Assembly (NCBI GenBank): GCA_051003155.1
Contig: JBPCLO010000037.1
Coordinates: 1 to 33,658 of the forward strand
Direction: 5' to 3'
Length of the DNA stretch: 33,658 bases
DNA from: Fimbriimonadales bacterium
GTDB lineage: Bacteria > Armatimonadota > Fimbriimonadia > Fimbriimonadales > ATM1
The position numbers and the translations under genes were made by a program. The notes under the pieces were generated by a model. The model worked only from the letters and a program-made list of their open reading frames with translations. It had not been told where the DNA came from and did not search any database. Every line of letters begins with the position of its first letter. Position 1 is the first letter of the stretch. Below are positions 1 through 10,468 of the stretch, piece by piece.

Positions 1-127
1 ACTATCGCCGTCCGCACCGAAGCTTGCAAGGACTAGCCCCTGCAAGCTTCATCGCCCAGCTTTCAATCACAATGCAGGAGGCGGCAGAACTAAAACTCTG
101 ACCTGGTCATTAAATGGGGACTAGCCA
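1..127 (+). mobile_element. IS3-family element, 3' end of OrfB transposase plus right inverted repeat (partial at window edge)
   Basis: Frame 3..101 reads YRRPHRSLQGLAPASF...L*, matching the IS3 OrfB YNxxRPHxSLxxxTP motif. It is followed by CTGGTCATTAAATGGGGACTAGCCA ending in CA at 127. Confidence 0.85.
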
Positions 128-208
128 TAACGAACGACCCAGCCTATGAGACTTACAAGACGCTTATCCTCAGCACCCGAAACTAAGCCATGTCCACCAG
201 CCGGCCGA

Positions 209-985
209 ATGATTAGCTTGCTCCTCATCATTAATATTGCAGTTGCTAGCCCTGTGAGTGCGATAGAGCGAACAAGTAAATTCACTGGCAAATACTGCAT
301 TCTGAGTGAGGCCAACAAAAAAGATGGCCAGTTGATGTACTTAGGCATGCAAGAAAGGGGCAAGCTAAGGAAGATTATTCGGTTCCCGTACTCTAGGTTC
401 GAGCGCGAAGGCTTAGATAAGGTTTTTATATCGGGCGATCGCATTATTGCCTTGCTGACGTCGTCGGCCGGTCGATACTTTCATTTCTTTGTACGACGTT
501 TTTCCGACCGTTATAGGTTGCTCAGAGTTCCAAATTGCTTCGGACGAGCTGGAGGCGATGATGTAGTAGAACTTGACGGTTATTTAATTGGTACAGTCTG
601 GGTGACACCGGATGACTCGCCTACGCCCGGCAATTATCTGTATGTTTTTAGTCCGGCATCATTGAAGGTGGGCCGGCTGCCAGGTCTAGAGGCGGGGTAC
701 GACGTCTCCGCGATCGGACGCAACATTGTGTTGGAGCGGTGGAGCGTCCATGGAGGGCTCATAAGACGAAGCAGGCATGCTTGGCCGATTGCAATGAAGC
801 GAGGTGCTTGGGACCTGACGTTTCCGGGGCAGCTGCTGGTTCCCACAGCGTTGTACCGTTCGGTTGACGTGCCTGATGAATATCGTGAAGAGGGAAGACG
901 GGCGCGAACATTCCGCGGTCGGGTGGCCGATCTTGCGGATTCGCTCCACATTTCGGGTGCCCACGCCGAATGTCGAATCGCGTAA
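209..985 (+). CDS. Exported orphan protein (alternative start 146)
   Basis: Long ORF with hydrophobic N-terminus MISLLLIINIAVASPVSA; lower-GC 5' half. Confidence 0.65.
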   Translation: MISLLLIINIAVASPVSAIERTSKFTGKYCILSEANKKDGQLMYLGMQERGKLRKIIRFPYSRFEREGLDKVFISGDRIIALLTSSAGRYFHFFVRRFSDRYRLLRVPNCFGRAGGDDVVELDGYLIGTVWVTPDDSPTPGNYLYVFSPASLKVGRLPGLEAGYDVSAIGRNIVLERWSVHGGLIRRSRHAWPIAMKRGAWDLTFPGQLLVPTALYRSVDVPDEYREEGRRARTFRGRVADLADSLHISGAHAECRIA

Positions 986-1065
986 ACTTTCCCCAAGGAT
1001 GAGCAACGGACAGGCGGGAAACGAGAAATAGACGCCTGTGCGGGGATATGATCTAGGGGTACCGT

Positions 1066-1377
1066 ATGCGAGAAACTAAAGGTAGGAAAACTAAGGCGCT
1101 GTGGCTCGCGGCCGGCATTGCAAGCATTGTGCTTGGCCTAGTTCCTTTTTTTGCGTTCTTCCTGGCCATGTTTGGCACCGGCGAAAGGCTCGTCCCAGGT
1201 AGCTCCACGGACCGATTCTTTAGCTTCATACATGAGGTTTATCTAGCAGCCCGCTTTACCGGTCCCCTTGCCGTGATTCTGGGAATTGCGAGCGCGGCCA
1301 AGGGCTTCGTACTCCTAGGAAGCATTGGGGCCGCGATCGGCGCCGTCGGCGCCCTATTCGTTTTGCTACCTGACTAG
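1066..1377 (+). CDS. Small membrane protein (about 3 TM)
   Basis: Three hydrophobic segments, including GPLAVILGIASA. Confidence 0.7.
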   Translation: MRETKGRKTKALWLAAGIASIVLGLVPFFAFFLAMFGTGERLVPGSSTDRFFSFIHEVYLAARFTGPLAVILGIASAAKGFVLLGSIGAAIGAVGALFVLLPD

Positions 1378-1387
1378 TTCCCTTGGT

Positions 1388-1492
1388 CTGCCCGGCCTAA
1401 CGCCCGCGCGGTTCAAGGAAATTGCCGATTCGACCATACTACGGGAGACGGAACCCTACACTCTGACCTGGTCAGGAAATGGGGACTAGGCA
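1388..1492 (+). mobile_element. IS3-family 3' remnant with right inverted repeat
   Basis: Translates LPGLTPARFKE (OrfB tail). CTCTGACCTGGTCAGGAAATGGGGACTAGGCA at 1461-1492 nearly matches 96-127. Confidence 0.8.
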
Positions 1493-1597
1493 GTTCCGCC
1501 CTCGATTTCCTTTAGGACCTTGATGATCTGGTCCTCCGTGTAACGATTTCCTTTGTTCAATGCTGTCTCCTTAGTTGGAGACGAAAAACTTAAACTC

Positions 1598-1657
1598 AGG
1601 GGTGGTCATTTTTTGGGGAACAAGGCAAGGGGTGGTCATTTTTTGGGGAACAAGGCA
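1598..1657 (+). repeat. Perfect 30-bp tandem duplication of an IS3-like right end
   Basis: AGGGGTGGTCATTTTTTGGGGAACAAGGCA at 1598-1627 and 1628-1657. It shares the TGGTCA..TGGGGA..CA pattern with the other IS ends. Confidence 0.85.
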
Positions 1658-1755
1658 CTAGCCATATTGTTTGAGACATATTCGTCATTGAAGTCCAACT
1701 TATCAGCGGCCCACTTCCTCCGCAGTTCAAGGGCACCGGCTGGACCCTAACGGAT

Positions 1756-2015
1756 TTGGCGGACAACGGAGATGCGATCGGGGGCGACACTCTAGGCACC
1801 GGTACCGAGCACTCGTTGTACTACAGCGGCGGCAAGGTCATCGACATCGGTATTCAGGGAGACGATAACGACACCGCGGCCCGGGGCCTAAACAACTTGG
1901 GTCAGATTACAGGACTCGACTACGACGGATGGCATTTTCGATGAGATTCTGCCGCCCTGGGCAGACTCTGGTAGGACCATGGCGATCAACGAGCGAGGAG
2001 AGTTTTGCGTTCTTG
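1756..2015 (+). pseudogene. Fragment of a HAF-repeat extracellular protein
   Basis: HSLYYSGGKVIDIG, AARGLNNLGQITG and, in another frame, TMAINERGE. No signal peptide; frame broken. Confidence 0.65.
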
Positions 2016-2371
2016 GTACTGGTCGTGCCCCTCGTTTGGCGTGCGAGACGAAACAAGAAATAATAAGTGAGTCCTCTGCCTCGAAAAAGGCAGTAAGAAA
2101 CCACCGAACACGAGCATAGTCACGATCCTTCTTGCTGAGGTGTGCGTTTGTCATGTTCATGGGGTTTGACGGTTTTCGTCGTTCGCTGATCGACTCGGAG
2201 CAGTTCGACGTCCTTTTCGTGGAAGATCATGGTTCCGCCATTGTATCACTCCGCGCCTCAGGTTTATGATCGAGCGCCATTCTAACCCGGGGACAAACCG
2301 AGCCGAGTGTGTGCCGCCGCTGCAAAGGGGTGGTGGCAGCGATAGGTTGGTACTCCTGCATTCCCGCGCAA

Positions 2372-3826
2372 TTAGCTCAGATCTACCGCAAAGGTATGCA
2401 CCGTCTTCCCGCCGGCCGGCACCGAGACTTTCCATTGCGCGGTCGCGGCGTCGCGCTTCACGTGCTGCTTCGATTCGGAGATCAGCTTCCATCGCCCGTA
2501 AAACGCCTGCACCAGGCGCACGTCGACTTTCGCGGGTTTCTCGTTGTGCAGCGTCACCTCGACCCATTTGCGGGTTGTACGCTTATTGACCTTTTGTGTT
2601 TTCGTTACCCGGTATTCGGTGTAAACATCGAACGCATCGGCCAGCGTCGCGTCCACTCGCGCATCCTTCGGGGTGTTCCGCACGCCCGCGGCGCCAACAT
2701 AGCGGAGCGAGTCTTTGCTGTCGCGCGCATAGACGCGCAGCTCGCCCGCGGGCAAAGGCACGCCGAGCGCGTCGGCGTCGCGGTTGAAGAACGAAAACGC
2801 ATACTGCACCGAGCCTCGCGACCGGCGGCCCACTGGTTCGTTGTAGTAGCCGTAGCTTTCCAAGTTAGGCAGGCGCGAACTGTAGTCCTTCTTGATCGCG
2901 ACCTTCCGGCTAGCGATCATGAGCAGGCGGTTCATCTGGCCCTGAACGACGTCGGCCGGCTTCGCGATGCGATAGGCCTGGAGCTCTCCGACGGCCTGGG
3001 GTGGCGCGTTTAGCGAGGGCATGTTCCTTTCGATGCCTGCGCCGGCATCGTAGTACATAGGGTCGGGGGTTTGGGCTACCTTGTTGGCTCGATACATCTC
3101 CTGCTTCGCGGCGCGGTTCAGCGACCCGGCCATCAGGACGACCTTCGCGCCAGGATAGTCGGTGCCGGTCTGATTCACCAGGGACGCCCAGCATTCGAGC
3201 GCTATCGAGTTATCGTCCGGCGAGACGGTGGCGACGTAATCCGCGCTCCAGGACAGGCTGCGCGTAAGGTAGGCGATCTCCAGGGACGCATCGCGCGCAT
3301 TGCCTGAATCCACCTGCAGCGAGAGCTGGGGAATCGTCACCATTTCGGCGCCGGCGGGGGCGACAACGGTGCCGGCAGGATTGATGATGAACTTGCCGTC
3401 CGTCTGCAGGACGATGTCGCCTTCGGCGGACACCATCAGGCGGCCCTTGCTGCGGCCGGCTTCGCGGCCGGAGTCCCCATATCTTACGAACTCCACCTCG
3501 CGGCCAAGGTAGCGGCGCAGGAGTTCTTTGCTTGTGTCCACTCCCAGGTCGTAAGAGTGTGATACGAGGCGCGGCAAGCCGTCAGCCTCGCCGTTCCAAC
3601 TGAGGAGAACGGACTGAGGGTCGAGGCTCTTGCTCACGTCTTGGAATATCAGCCTCGAGTTCCCCTTGGAGAGCTTGACTGGCCTCAACTCGCGCACCAT
3701 GCCGAAATCGTCGGCGTAAACGGTCAGTTCGATGCCCTTTCTTTCGGGATGTGTCTGCGCCGAGGCCGTTTGGTCGCGCGCGCACCCAACGAGAAGGGCG
3801 ATGCATATAATAGGAATGCTTTTCAC
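2372..3826 (-). CDS. DUF4139-domain lipoprotein
   Basis: Lipobox LVGC; ELTVYxDDFGMVRExR, LDPQSV, YLTxSLSWSADY, GVPLPAGxxRVY motifs; GGAGG RBS upstream. Confidence 0.88.
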   Translation of the reverse strand: MKSIPIICIALLVGCARDQTASAQTHPERKGIELTVYADDFGMVRELRPVKLSKGNSRLIFQDVSKSLDPQSVLLSWNGEADGLPRLVSHSYDLGVDTSKELLRRYLGREVEFVRYGDSGREAGRSKGRLMVSAEGDIVLQTDGKFIINPAGTVVAPAGAEMVTIPQLSLQVDSGNARDASLEIAYLTRSLSWSADYVATVSPDDNSIALECWASLVNQTGTDYPGAKVVLMAGSLNRAAKQEMYRANKVAQTPDPMYYDAGAGIERNMPSLNAPPQAVGELQAYRIAKPADVVQGQMNRLLMIASRKVAIKKDYSSRLPNLESYGYYNEPVGRRSRGSVQYAFSFFNRDADALGVPLPAGELRVYARDSKDSLRYVGAAGVRNTPKDARVDATLADAFDVYTEYRVTKTQKVNKRTTRKWVEVTLHNEKPAKVDVRLVQAFYGRWKLISESKQHVKRDAATAQWKVSVPAGGKTVHTFAVDLS

Positions 3827-4035
3827 GGCATCACCTCCAATGTTGTGAGTGTACCGACGTAAGCGAAGGGTTCAAGATCTGGAAAATTCTTGCTCGGTCC
3901 AGAAACGGCCGGGTGTCAAGTCGTTCGTCCATACCTGGCTGTCAGGTTTCCTAGTCATTCTCAGCGGCCCCGATCGTCAAGCGATCTTAGGTCTCCGAGA
4001 GGCGAAGATCCTCAAGACAGTCCTACTTGCCTGTG

Positions 4036-5838
4036 TTACATCCGATTCGTGCGAAACTCCCACCGAACATTCTTCAGAGCTCTGCTATTGTTCACCCGCT
4101 TGTTCCTAACTCGATACGTTCCATTTTGAGCAACCAACTCCACAACGTCGTAAACAACGTATGGGAAAAGCGTCAGCTGCGGCGTCTTCAAGCCGGATGC
4201 TTCGACAATAGTTCGCCTTATCTCATATTCCCTTCCATGTGCGGCAACGGTTGCATCCACCAACTTGCAAGCAGTTGCCGTTGAGGATGACAGCCATCCC
4301 CAGTAACCATCGATCTGCACCACGCGCGGCCAAAGCGGCCCCGCCCCAAAGGCCGGAAGCGTTTCAAAGACGGCCGGCCGGGCAACCTCCAGTTGCATTG
4401 CAACCTTAACCATCTCGTAATTCTCCGCGTTGCGACGGCTGAAGAACATATACGGGCGGAAAGCATGGAATGTCACAGGCGACGTTCGCAGGCGAACAAA
4501 ATCCAGTGCCGAATAAGCTCTTCTTATCATCACGTGACCACGTAAATCGTCCAGAGAGTCGACTATGAATGCACGTTTGCCCCAGATCATGAATAGCTGT
4601 TCGGTGAGGAACGCGTCGGAGTGCGGCGGGTCGTAAACATAGGGACGCGCTAAGACGAGTTGGCGGCCGGAGCGCAAGAAGTCGCAAGACAGCAATCGGA
4701 ACTCCTGCACGACTTCGGTGGGCGAACCGACTACGGGAAACGACGGCGACTGATTGGTCGTGGTTTGAGCCGTAGGATTGTGCCTGTCCGCAAATGAGGT
4801 TGGCCCTCGCACGGGCCACATCCCTATCCCGTTCGGAAACGCTTGAATGATGTAATCCGCCGGTTCGGAAGTGGGCACGTTGTTTTCGGACGCGGCGCGG
4901 CCCGCGATCACACTTTTGATATCCACCGCATCAGCACGAAACTCCTCAACGAGTTTGCCACTGGTTGTGTCGTAGAGGCGGCACTTTTGCACGCCGTTAT
5001 CTGAGAATAGAACGGACAATGTCGGTTCGACGAGCACAAATATCGGGGACCATTCTCTCCCCAAACGGGTGGTTGTCCAAGTTTCGCCGCGCCTCCTAAG
5101 AAGAAGAACCTGTGACTCAGTAAACGATTCCCCAGCTCTGGCGCAGACGATGATCGTGTTGCCGTCCTCCGAGACGACAGCTAGATCCTTGTGGTTGCTG
5201 AATTGCATCGGATTAAACGCGCTTGGGCCGTGAACTATTACTGGCCATTCGATGCCGCGCTTGTTGACAATCTCCGCTGCTTCCACGCTGTGCTTCGACT
5301 CGTTCGGTATCGACGTTTGGTCAATGTACTGCTTGGACAAGGCTGCCGATTCATCGACCGTTACATCCAAGCTCTTGTCTCCGATGTCGCTCTGCGCGAA
5401 CCTAAATGATCGAGGAGAAACCCACGCGGGTTGGGATACGGGTCCGCTCAGCTCGAAATTTGCCACCGTATCCAGCGTTTCGGTCCTCAGTATCCAGGTG
5501 CTGTTTTGCGTGGGCGTCATGGTGTCCTCGAGGCTGAGATTAGACTGCTTGTTAGGGTCGCGGTTTGTCGCTGTTATGAGCACTAAGTCGCCGTTCGCAG
5601 AAATGTTCAAGTCGTCGACGAACAATCCGCTGCTGTCCGGTAGCGCTTTTGAGCTCTGGGGGAGTCCCGCCCCGCGGACCCGCTTCTCCACTTGAATGCC
5701 TTTCTCGGTCGAGACCGCAGATACGATCACCGCTTCAGGTGAATGCCCTGCGTGGTGGGCGGCTGGGGGTTTAGTACAGCCAAGGAGAAAGGCGATGAGG
5801 CTGAGGACAAGTCCGTATGCTGGAAAAGTCGTCCTCAT
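4036..5838 (-). CDS. Large orphan lipoprotein, possibly two-domain with beta-propeller-like N-half
   Basis: Start at MRTTFP... with lipobox LLGC; blade-like strings ISANGDLVL, VSEDGNTII, LYDTTSGKLV. Confidence 0.7.
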   Translation of the reverse strand: MRTTFPAYGLVLSLIAFLLGCTKPPAAHHAGHSPEAVIVSAVSTEKGIQVEKRVRGAGLPQSSKALPDSSGLFVDDLNISANGDLVLITATNRDPNKQSNLSLEDTMTPTQNSTWILRTETLDTVANFELSGPVSQPAWVSPRSFRFAQSDIGDKSLDVTVDESAALSKQYIDQTSIPNESKHSVEAAEIVNKRGIEWPVIVHGPSAFNPMQFSNHKDLAVVSEDGNTIIVCARAGESFTESQVLLLRRRGETWTTTRLGREWSPIFVLVEPTLSVLFSDNGVQKCRLYDTTSGKLVEEFRADAVDIKSVIAGRAASENNVPTSEPADYIIQAFPNGIGMWPVRGPTSFADRHNPTAQTTTNQSPSFPVVGSPTEVVQEFRLLSCDFLRSGRQLVLARPYVYDPPHSDAFLTEQLFMIWGKRAFIVDSLDDLRGHVMIRRAYSALDFVRLRTSPVTFHAFRPYMFFSRRNAENYEMVKVAMQLEVARPAVFETLPAFGAGPLWPRVVQIDGYWGWLSSSTATACKLVDATVAAHGREYEIRRTIVEASGLKTPQLTLFPYVVYDVVELVAQNGTYRVRNKRVNNSRALKNVRWEFRTNRM

Positions 5839-5893
5839 CCGATTCACCCTGAAGGCTTGGTTCTTTGGCGCTTGCGGCGCCGGCGGCAAAGCC

Positions 5894-6451
5894 TCAGGCC
5901 CTCTTCTCTCCATATCCGGTACACACGCGCGGCAGCATATCCCGAAGTTCACGTTTCATTGCCTTGAAGTCCACTCCCATCTCTTTGAGTTCGGTCTTGA
6001 AGATTGGCATCATTCTAATAAGGGCGCTGATATCCTCATCGAATTCGGACAGCATCTCAACGGCCTTCTTGATATTATCCAACTCTGTTCGAAGCTCCTG
6101 AACATTCGCCGGGTCTTCTTTGAACTTCTCGTAAATTTGCTCGATCCGGGCTTGAATACCCTCGCAGATTTCCGATAGCCGCGTGTAGGTTTGCACCATC
6201 GCACCGGCGATCACAATGCGGAACTCGTGGACACGGGTGTGTCGGTCGTCGCCGCACTGACCAGGCTCGGCGAAGCGGTATCCGACGAGGATGCCGTGGT
6301 TTTGCATCGAGTGGAGCGCGTCGTAAACCCAACGATTCTTAGGCGTATTCGGGAACTGCTCGTACTGCGCCGTTGCAAGTGCGAAGGTCAGCATCAGCAG
6401 GAGAGTGCCGGTTGCGTGAGCGATCTTGTTGCGGAGTGGTCTCATTTGCAA
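5894..6451 (-). CDS. Secreted SLH-like domain plus coiled-coil protein
   Basis: Signal peptide (ALATA-Q). FPNTPKNRWVYDAL..GILVGY resembles the SLH FxDVPxxHWAYxA..G.L.GY motif. Tail LIRMMPIFKTELKEMGVD; AGGAG RBS. Confidence 0.72.
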   Translation of the reverse strand: MQMRPLRNKIAHATGTLLLMLTFALATAQYEQFPNTPKNRWVYDALHSMQNHGILVGYRFAEPGQCGDDRHTRVHEFRIVIAGAMVQTYTRLSEICEGIQARIEQIYEKFKEDPANVQELRTELDNIKKAVEMLSEFDEDISALIRMMPIFKTELKEMGVDFKAMKRELRDMLPRVCTGYGEKRA

Positions 6452-6656
6452 TGGTCTCCTAGACAGGCTACCTTGAAACTAGAGTCTAGCCTGCGCTCTC
6501 ATAGAATCCCGCGCTTGCTCTGCCTCCCCACCGAACATTACAGAGACACCCATCCACATGCAACTATTGCTATCTTTTGGTAAACCATTGTCTCTCCATT
6601 CGAAGCGTAACTCGCCGAGTCGGCAAATCCCTCTGAACCGACCTTGGCGTCCTGCC

Positions 6657-7205
6657 TCAATGACCGACAACCATGAGCCGCTGAGCGCGCCAGCCGGAGT
6701 CGGTATCAACTACCTCGACGATGATGTCCTCGTTGCTTGCTACCGTGGCATAGAGGTGTGGCGTAGCCACAGGGAACGAGTCAGCGATATGCTTGCCGTA
6801 GACGGCACGGACATCAAGCCAGTCCGGTCTGGCTGCGGCGTAGTTTTTCGAATCGCGCACCTCTTTACAAAAGCTCTTGAACAGGCGCCGATGATTCGCC
6901 GGGACGTTGGCGGTGTTCTGAATTACCGTTCGATACTCTATCGACATGTTCGCGTGCCACCCGAGCGAGCCTACCCTCCCCTTCGACTTCTCGAAGGAAT
7001 CGTCAAAGTAGTCGTCATAGGCGTTCCAATGCTCCTCGATCGCAATGTACGGCGTCGCCAGCTTCCTGAACGATTTCCAGTCGCCATTGCAAAGCGCGAC
7101 GCCGAGTTGGTCGGCGAACGAGCGGAGGGATCGTTGAATCGAATCCTCGTTCGCAGCGCCGATGCCCAGGATCATCCAAATAACTATCGTGTAAAAGGAT
7201 CTCAA
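6657..7205 (-). CDS. Exported orphan protein
   Basis: ORF with probable TTG start after GGAG and hydrophobic N-terminus (FYTIVIWMILGIGAA). Confidence 0.55.
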   Translation of the reverse strand: MRSFYTIVIWMILGIGAANEDSIQRSLRSFADQLGVALCNGDWKSFRKLATPYIAIEEHWNAYDDYFDDSFEKSKGRVGSLGWHANMSIEYRTVIQNTANVPANHRRLFKSFCKEVRDSKNYAAARPDWLDVRAVYGKHIADSFPVATPHLYATVASNEDIIVEVVDTDSGWRAQRLMVVGH

Positions 7206-7368
7206 ATTTCTGCAACTCCGAGTTAAATTATGGCTCGGCACAACGTGCCCTCTTTGCGCTACGACAGCGCGACGCTGCCGAACGACCGGATTCACAGGGG
7301 TAAAGTGCATTCAGTCGAGAATCGCGCGGTTCAGTTTGCATCGCTCAGATCGCGCTGATGGAGTACAA

Positions 7369-8291
7369 ATGACACCGACGAACTGGATTCGGTTATTGCC
7401 GATTACTTGCGCTGCCATTGTGTTCGGATGCACCGCCACAGATGCACCGAAGGAACAGCCGGTTGAGCAGACGCAGACGCTGCCTGAGACCGTTGAAGCG
7501 CCCGAAATCACGCCACCAGCCGAAGAAGTGCATCCTGTAGATTTCGCGCTGATGGCGACCTCACCGGACGGCAAACAACTTTTGATTTCGACGCGCCACG
7601 TCCCTGGCTCGAGTTGTGGGACTTCAAAGCCGGCAGGCGAGTTTGGGCACGGAAAGTAGATAGCCGCACTTTGCACGCGGCCTTTGCCCCCAACGGCAAG
7701 TGGATCGCCGTCGACGAGGATGGATGGAGCGGCCCTTCGGACGTGTATCTGCTCGATCGAACGAGCGGTGAGACATTGCGGATCTACGCGGGAGCGACCG
7801 ACTACGCGGCTCTCTCTTTTTCGAAGGGATCGGCCCAACTGTTTGGACAATCTCTTGCTTTCGACGACAAGGGGGAGTGGACAACGCGACTCACTTGGCC
7901 CGTTCGTGGTGGAAAGCCGAGTGTGCGCCGCACCAGGAAGGCGACATTGCCACCTGGGCAGGGCGAGTTTCCGGTCTCGTCTCCGGACCGGCGATTTGAG
8001 ATAAGGCGAGACCCGAGCAAAATGGCGCTGTATCTGGTTACTCGGGGCAGCAAGCGTCTGCTCTGCCGGTCCGATAAGCCGTATCGACTCGGCGCATTCG
8101 TGGGGAAGCGGCTCGCTGCGGTTGCCGATGATCAATCGGTTTACGTCATCTGGATTTCGGATCGTCGAGAGCTCGCGCGTTTAACTTCATCACGAAACGA
8201 CGACGACTCTGTGACTTGGAAGGGACGGCTGAGCAACGGGAAGGGAGCTACGCTGAACCAATGCCTGGCTGCGCTAAGGCGTCACCTCTAA
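7369..8291 (+). pseudogene. WD40/beta-propeller lipoprotein, frameshifted near 7605
   Basis: GGAG RBS, lipobox VFGC and TSPDGKQLLI in one frame; LELWDFKAG, AFAPNGKWIAV and SSPDRRF continue in the next frame. Confidence 0.75.
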
Positions 8292-8507
8292 GACAGCCTC
8301 TCGGCATCCGTCCGTCATCCAGAGAACCCCGCAGGTCCTATAGGGCGGTCGCTAGGGGCGCTGCCCAACGAGCCTCTTGCCGCAAAAGAACCTCGCGCTA
8401 TAGGCGAATCGTCCGCGAATGACAGTTGATTGAACAAACCACCCGATATACTGCACTCACATGCTGTGGTCGGAGCGAGCAAGAAGCTGACCGAGTGGTG
8501 CAAAAAG

Positions 8508-9698
8508 ATGAACATCGGATTACGAGGATGCCTTTACGTTGCCACGGTAACACTCGCAATGCCTGCCTGCGCAGAGACCGGATTGACGTCCGCTGTGCGG
8601 GAACTGCCCGATTATGGCCAGGGCCTCTCAGGGGATGGGAAAACGGTCGTGGGGTCAGCGAAGCGCGGCAAGCGAGTCGACGCGTGGAAATGGACGGCCA
8701 GGGAGGGCACGCGGTTTCTGCCAATGCCGAAGGACGCGTCATCGGCAGGTGCGTCGGATGTCTCCGATGACGGCACTGTCATCGTCGGCACAGCACAGAT
8801 AAAGGGTAAGAGCTGGGTATGCGTATGGCGAGGAAGAGGCGCGGCGAAGGTTATCTGCCCGGATTCCACCACCAGCGGAGAGGTTGCGGTATCTGGCGAC
8901 GGGAAATGGGTGGTCGGCGGGTCGAATGGGGCATTTAAATGGTCGGAAAAGACGGGCATCATAAAGATGAGGCCCTCCTTAGCCGCCCGTCCTTACTCCG
9001 GAGCGACCTGCGTCTCAAAGAGCGGCACTGTTTTGGCGGGGTACTCCGATGTCGGGCCAAAGAGACCCGGACTACGCGCGGGCCCAAGTACCGGCATTCG
9101 TATTGAAGACGGTATGTTGGGGGACACCGTGTGGATTGGCGGCCTACCTCCCGTCCGCATCGGCCGCCCGAACGGGTTGTACACAACGCAGATATCCGGC
9201 TGTTCTGCCGATGGCAGAGTGTTCTGCGGCTTTGGCAATACCAAACAGGGTGACAAGCCATTTACCTGGTCGATATCAGGCGGCTTTCGTTGGCTGCCCT
9301 GTCTGAAATGGGTTGGCTACGGCGAGGCGTATGGCATATCCGGCAACGGACGCACTGTATTCGGGGCCGCGCTGGTTTTCAAGCAGGTCAAGACAGCAGG
9401 CGACAAGCGCGATGTATTCTGGGCCTGGCTGGTTTTCAAGCAGGTCAAGACAGCAGGCGGCAAGAAAGTGATGTACACTAATTCCGTCAGTATTCCGTGG
9501 CTTTGGCGCGAAGGTATGGGCACCGTTCGGCTGGTCGAGTACCTGCAGGTCCATGGGGTGCTCTTGAATGGATGGAAGCCGGATTGGATCTGGGCCATCT
9601 CCAACGATGGGAGAATTCTGGTCTGCGGTGGGAGGAACCGGAAGGGAAGGGAGGGCTCCTTCATCGTGACATTGCCGTCGGGTGAGTCCAGGGCATAA
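8508..9698 (+). CDS. Secreted HAF-like repeat beta-propeller protein
   Basis: Signal peptide; repeats LSGDGKTVVG, VSDDGTVIVG, VSGDGKWVVG, ISGNGRTVFG, ISNDGRILV. Confidence 0.82.
   Translation: MNIGLRGCLYVATVTLAMPACAETGLTSAVRELPDYGQGLSGDGKTVVGSAKRGKRVDAWKWTAREGTRFLPMPKDASSAGASDVSDDGTVIVGTAQIKGKSWVCVWRGRGAAKVICPDSTTSGEVAVSGDGKWVVGGSNGAFKWSEKTGIIKMRPSLAARPYSGATCVSKSGTVLAGYSDVGPKRPGLRAGPSTGIRIEDGMLGDTVWIGGLPPVRIGRPNGLYTTQISGCSADGRVFCGFGNTKQGDKPFTWSISGGFRWLPCLKWVGYGEAYGISGNGRTVFGAALVFKQVKTAGDKRDVFWAWLVFKQVKTAGGKKVMYTNSVSIPWLWREGMGTVRLVEYLQVHGVLLNGWKPDWIWAISNDGRILVCGGRNRKGREGSFIVTLPSGESRA
9356..9469 (+). repeat. In-frame 57-bp tandem duplication
   Basis: Identical 32-nt core at 9371-9402 and 9428-9459; LVFKQVKTAG occurs twice. 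Confidence 0.85.
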
Positions 9699-9701
9699 CC
9701 G

Positions 9702-10436
9702 ATGACTTTTGCATTGGCTCTCGTCGCTGCTTGCTTGCAACCTAATCCTCTTGACGAGACATTGGACCGTCTCGTTAATTTTGTTCCGCGATTTGTGGGG
9801 CCCGCCGTGCGGAGCTCAGCAACGTCCCGCCAATTAAGTGCACTTCAAGCGACAACCCTGCTGAATTCTTGCCCCTCACTTGCGCTGCTGTCTCTTCTTA
9901 CCGTTTCGCCGGAGAAGTTTCGGGCGAACAACTACGGCCAACTCATGCAGGTTTTGATGCCAAGACCCATAGCAGAGTGCAATGTAGATACCGTAATGCG
10001 AGTTATTCTCCAACTGAGGGAATGCAACGACTCCACGATCAAGTTGCTAACCGACGACCTCGAAGCAAACTACTCCGCGAATGCCGGCGAAGCGCGGTTT
10101 GCAGCGATCAAGGAGAAGCATCCGCACTACTCCCCAGAGGAGATGTATCAAGCAAATCAAGACCCGGGTCGAAAGGCTGCGTTACTGTGCCGATTCATCT
10201 ACGACGTTCCCGATGATGAAATGTACCCATGGCAACGACAGCGCGATTCTGGCCAACTTGTCATTGACCCGTCCCCTGTTGGCGTTCCGCTTCGATTGCG
10301 GGGAATGTATGGCAGTCCAAAGGAGATATACAGGAGTTCCTTCAAGCACGGCCGACGAAGGCACCAAGCACGCGCTCACGGCGGGCTTTCGTCGGGCCCA
10401 GGGCGTCGTCAATGCGGGTCATCAGAAGAGGATTAA
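9702..10436 (+). CDS. Exported orphan protein; 3' end possibly run-on into a foreign fragment
   Basis: Starts 3 nt after the upstream stop; MTFALALVAACLQ signal-like start; low-complexity tail. Confidence 0.6.
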   Translation: MTFALALVAACLQPNPLDETLDRLVNFVPRFVGPAVRSSATSRQLSALQATTLLNSCPSLALLSLLTVSPEKFRANNYGQLMQVLMPRPIAECNVDTVMRVILQLRECNDSTIKLLTDDLEANYSANAGEARFAAIKEKHPHYSPEEMYQANQDPGRKAALLCRFIYDVPDDEMYPWQRQRDSGQLVIDPSPVGVPLRLRGMYGSPKEIYRSSFKHGRRRHQARAHGGLSSGPGRRQCGSSEED

Positions 10437-10468
10437 TGGGGCTGCCAGATGCATCGGGAGGCGATTGA

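Noticed and set aside
1598..1657. CRISPR array (30-bp repeat)
   Set aside because: Only two copies, no spacer, no cas genes; the sequence matches the IS3 ends.
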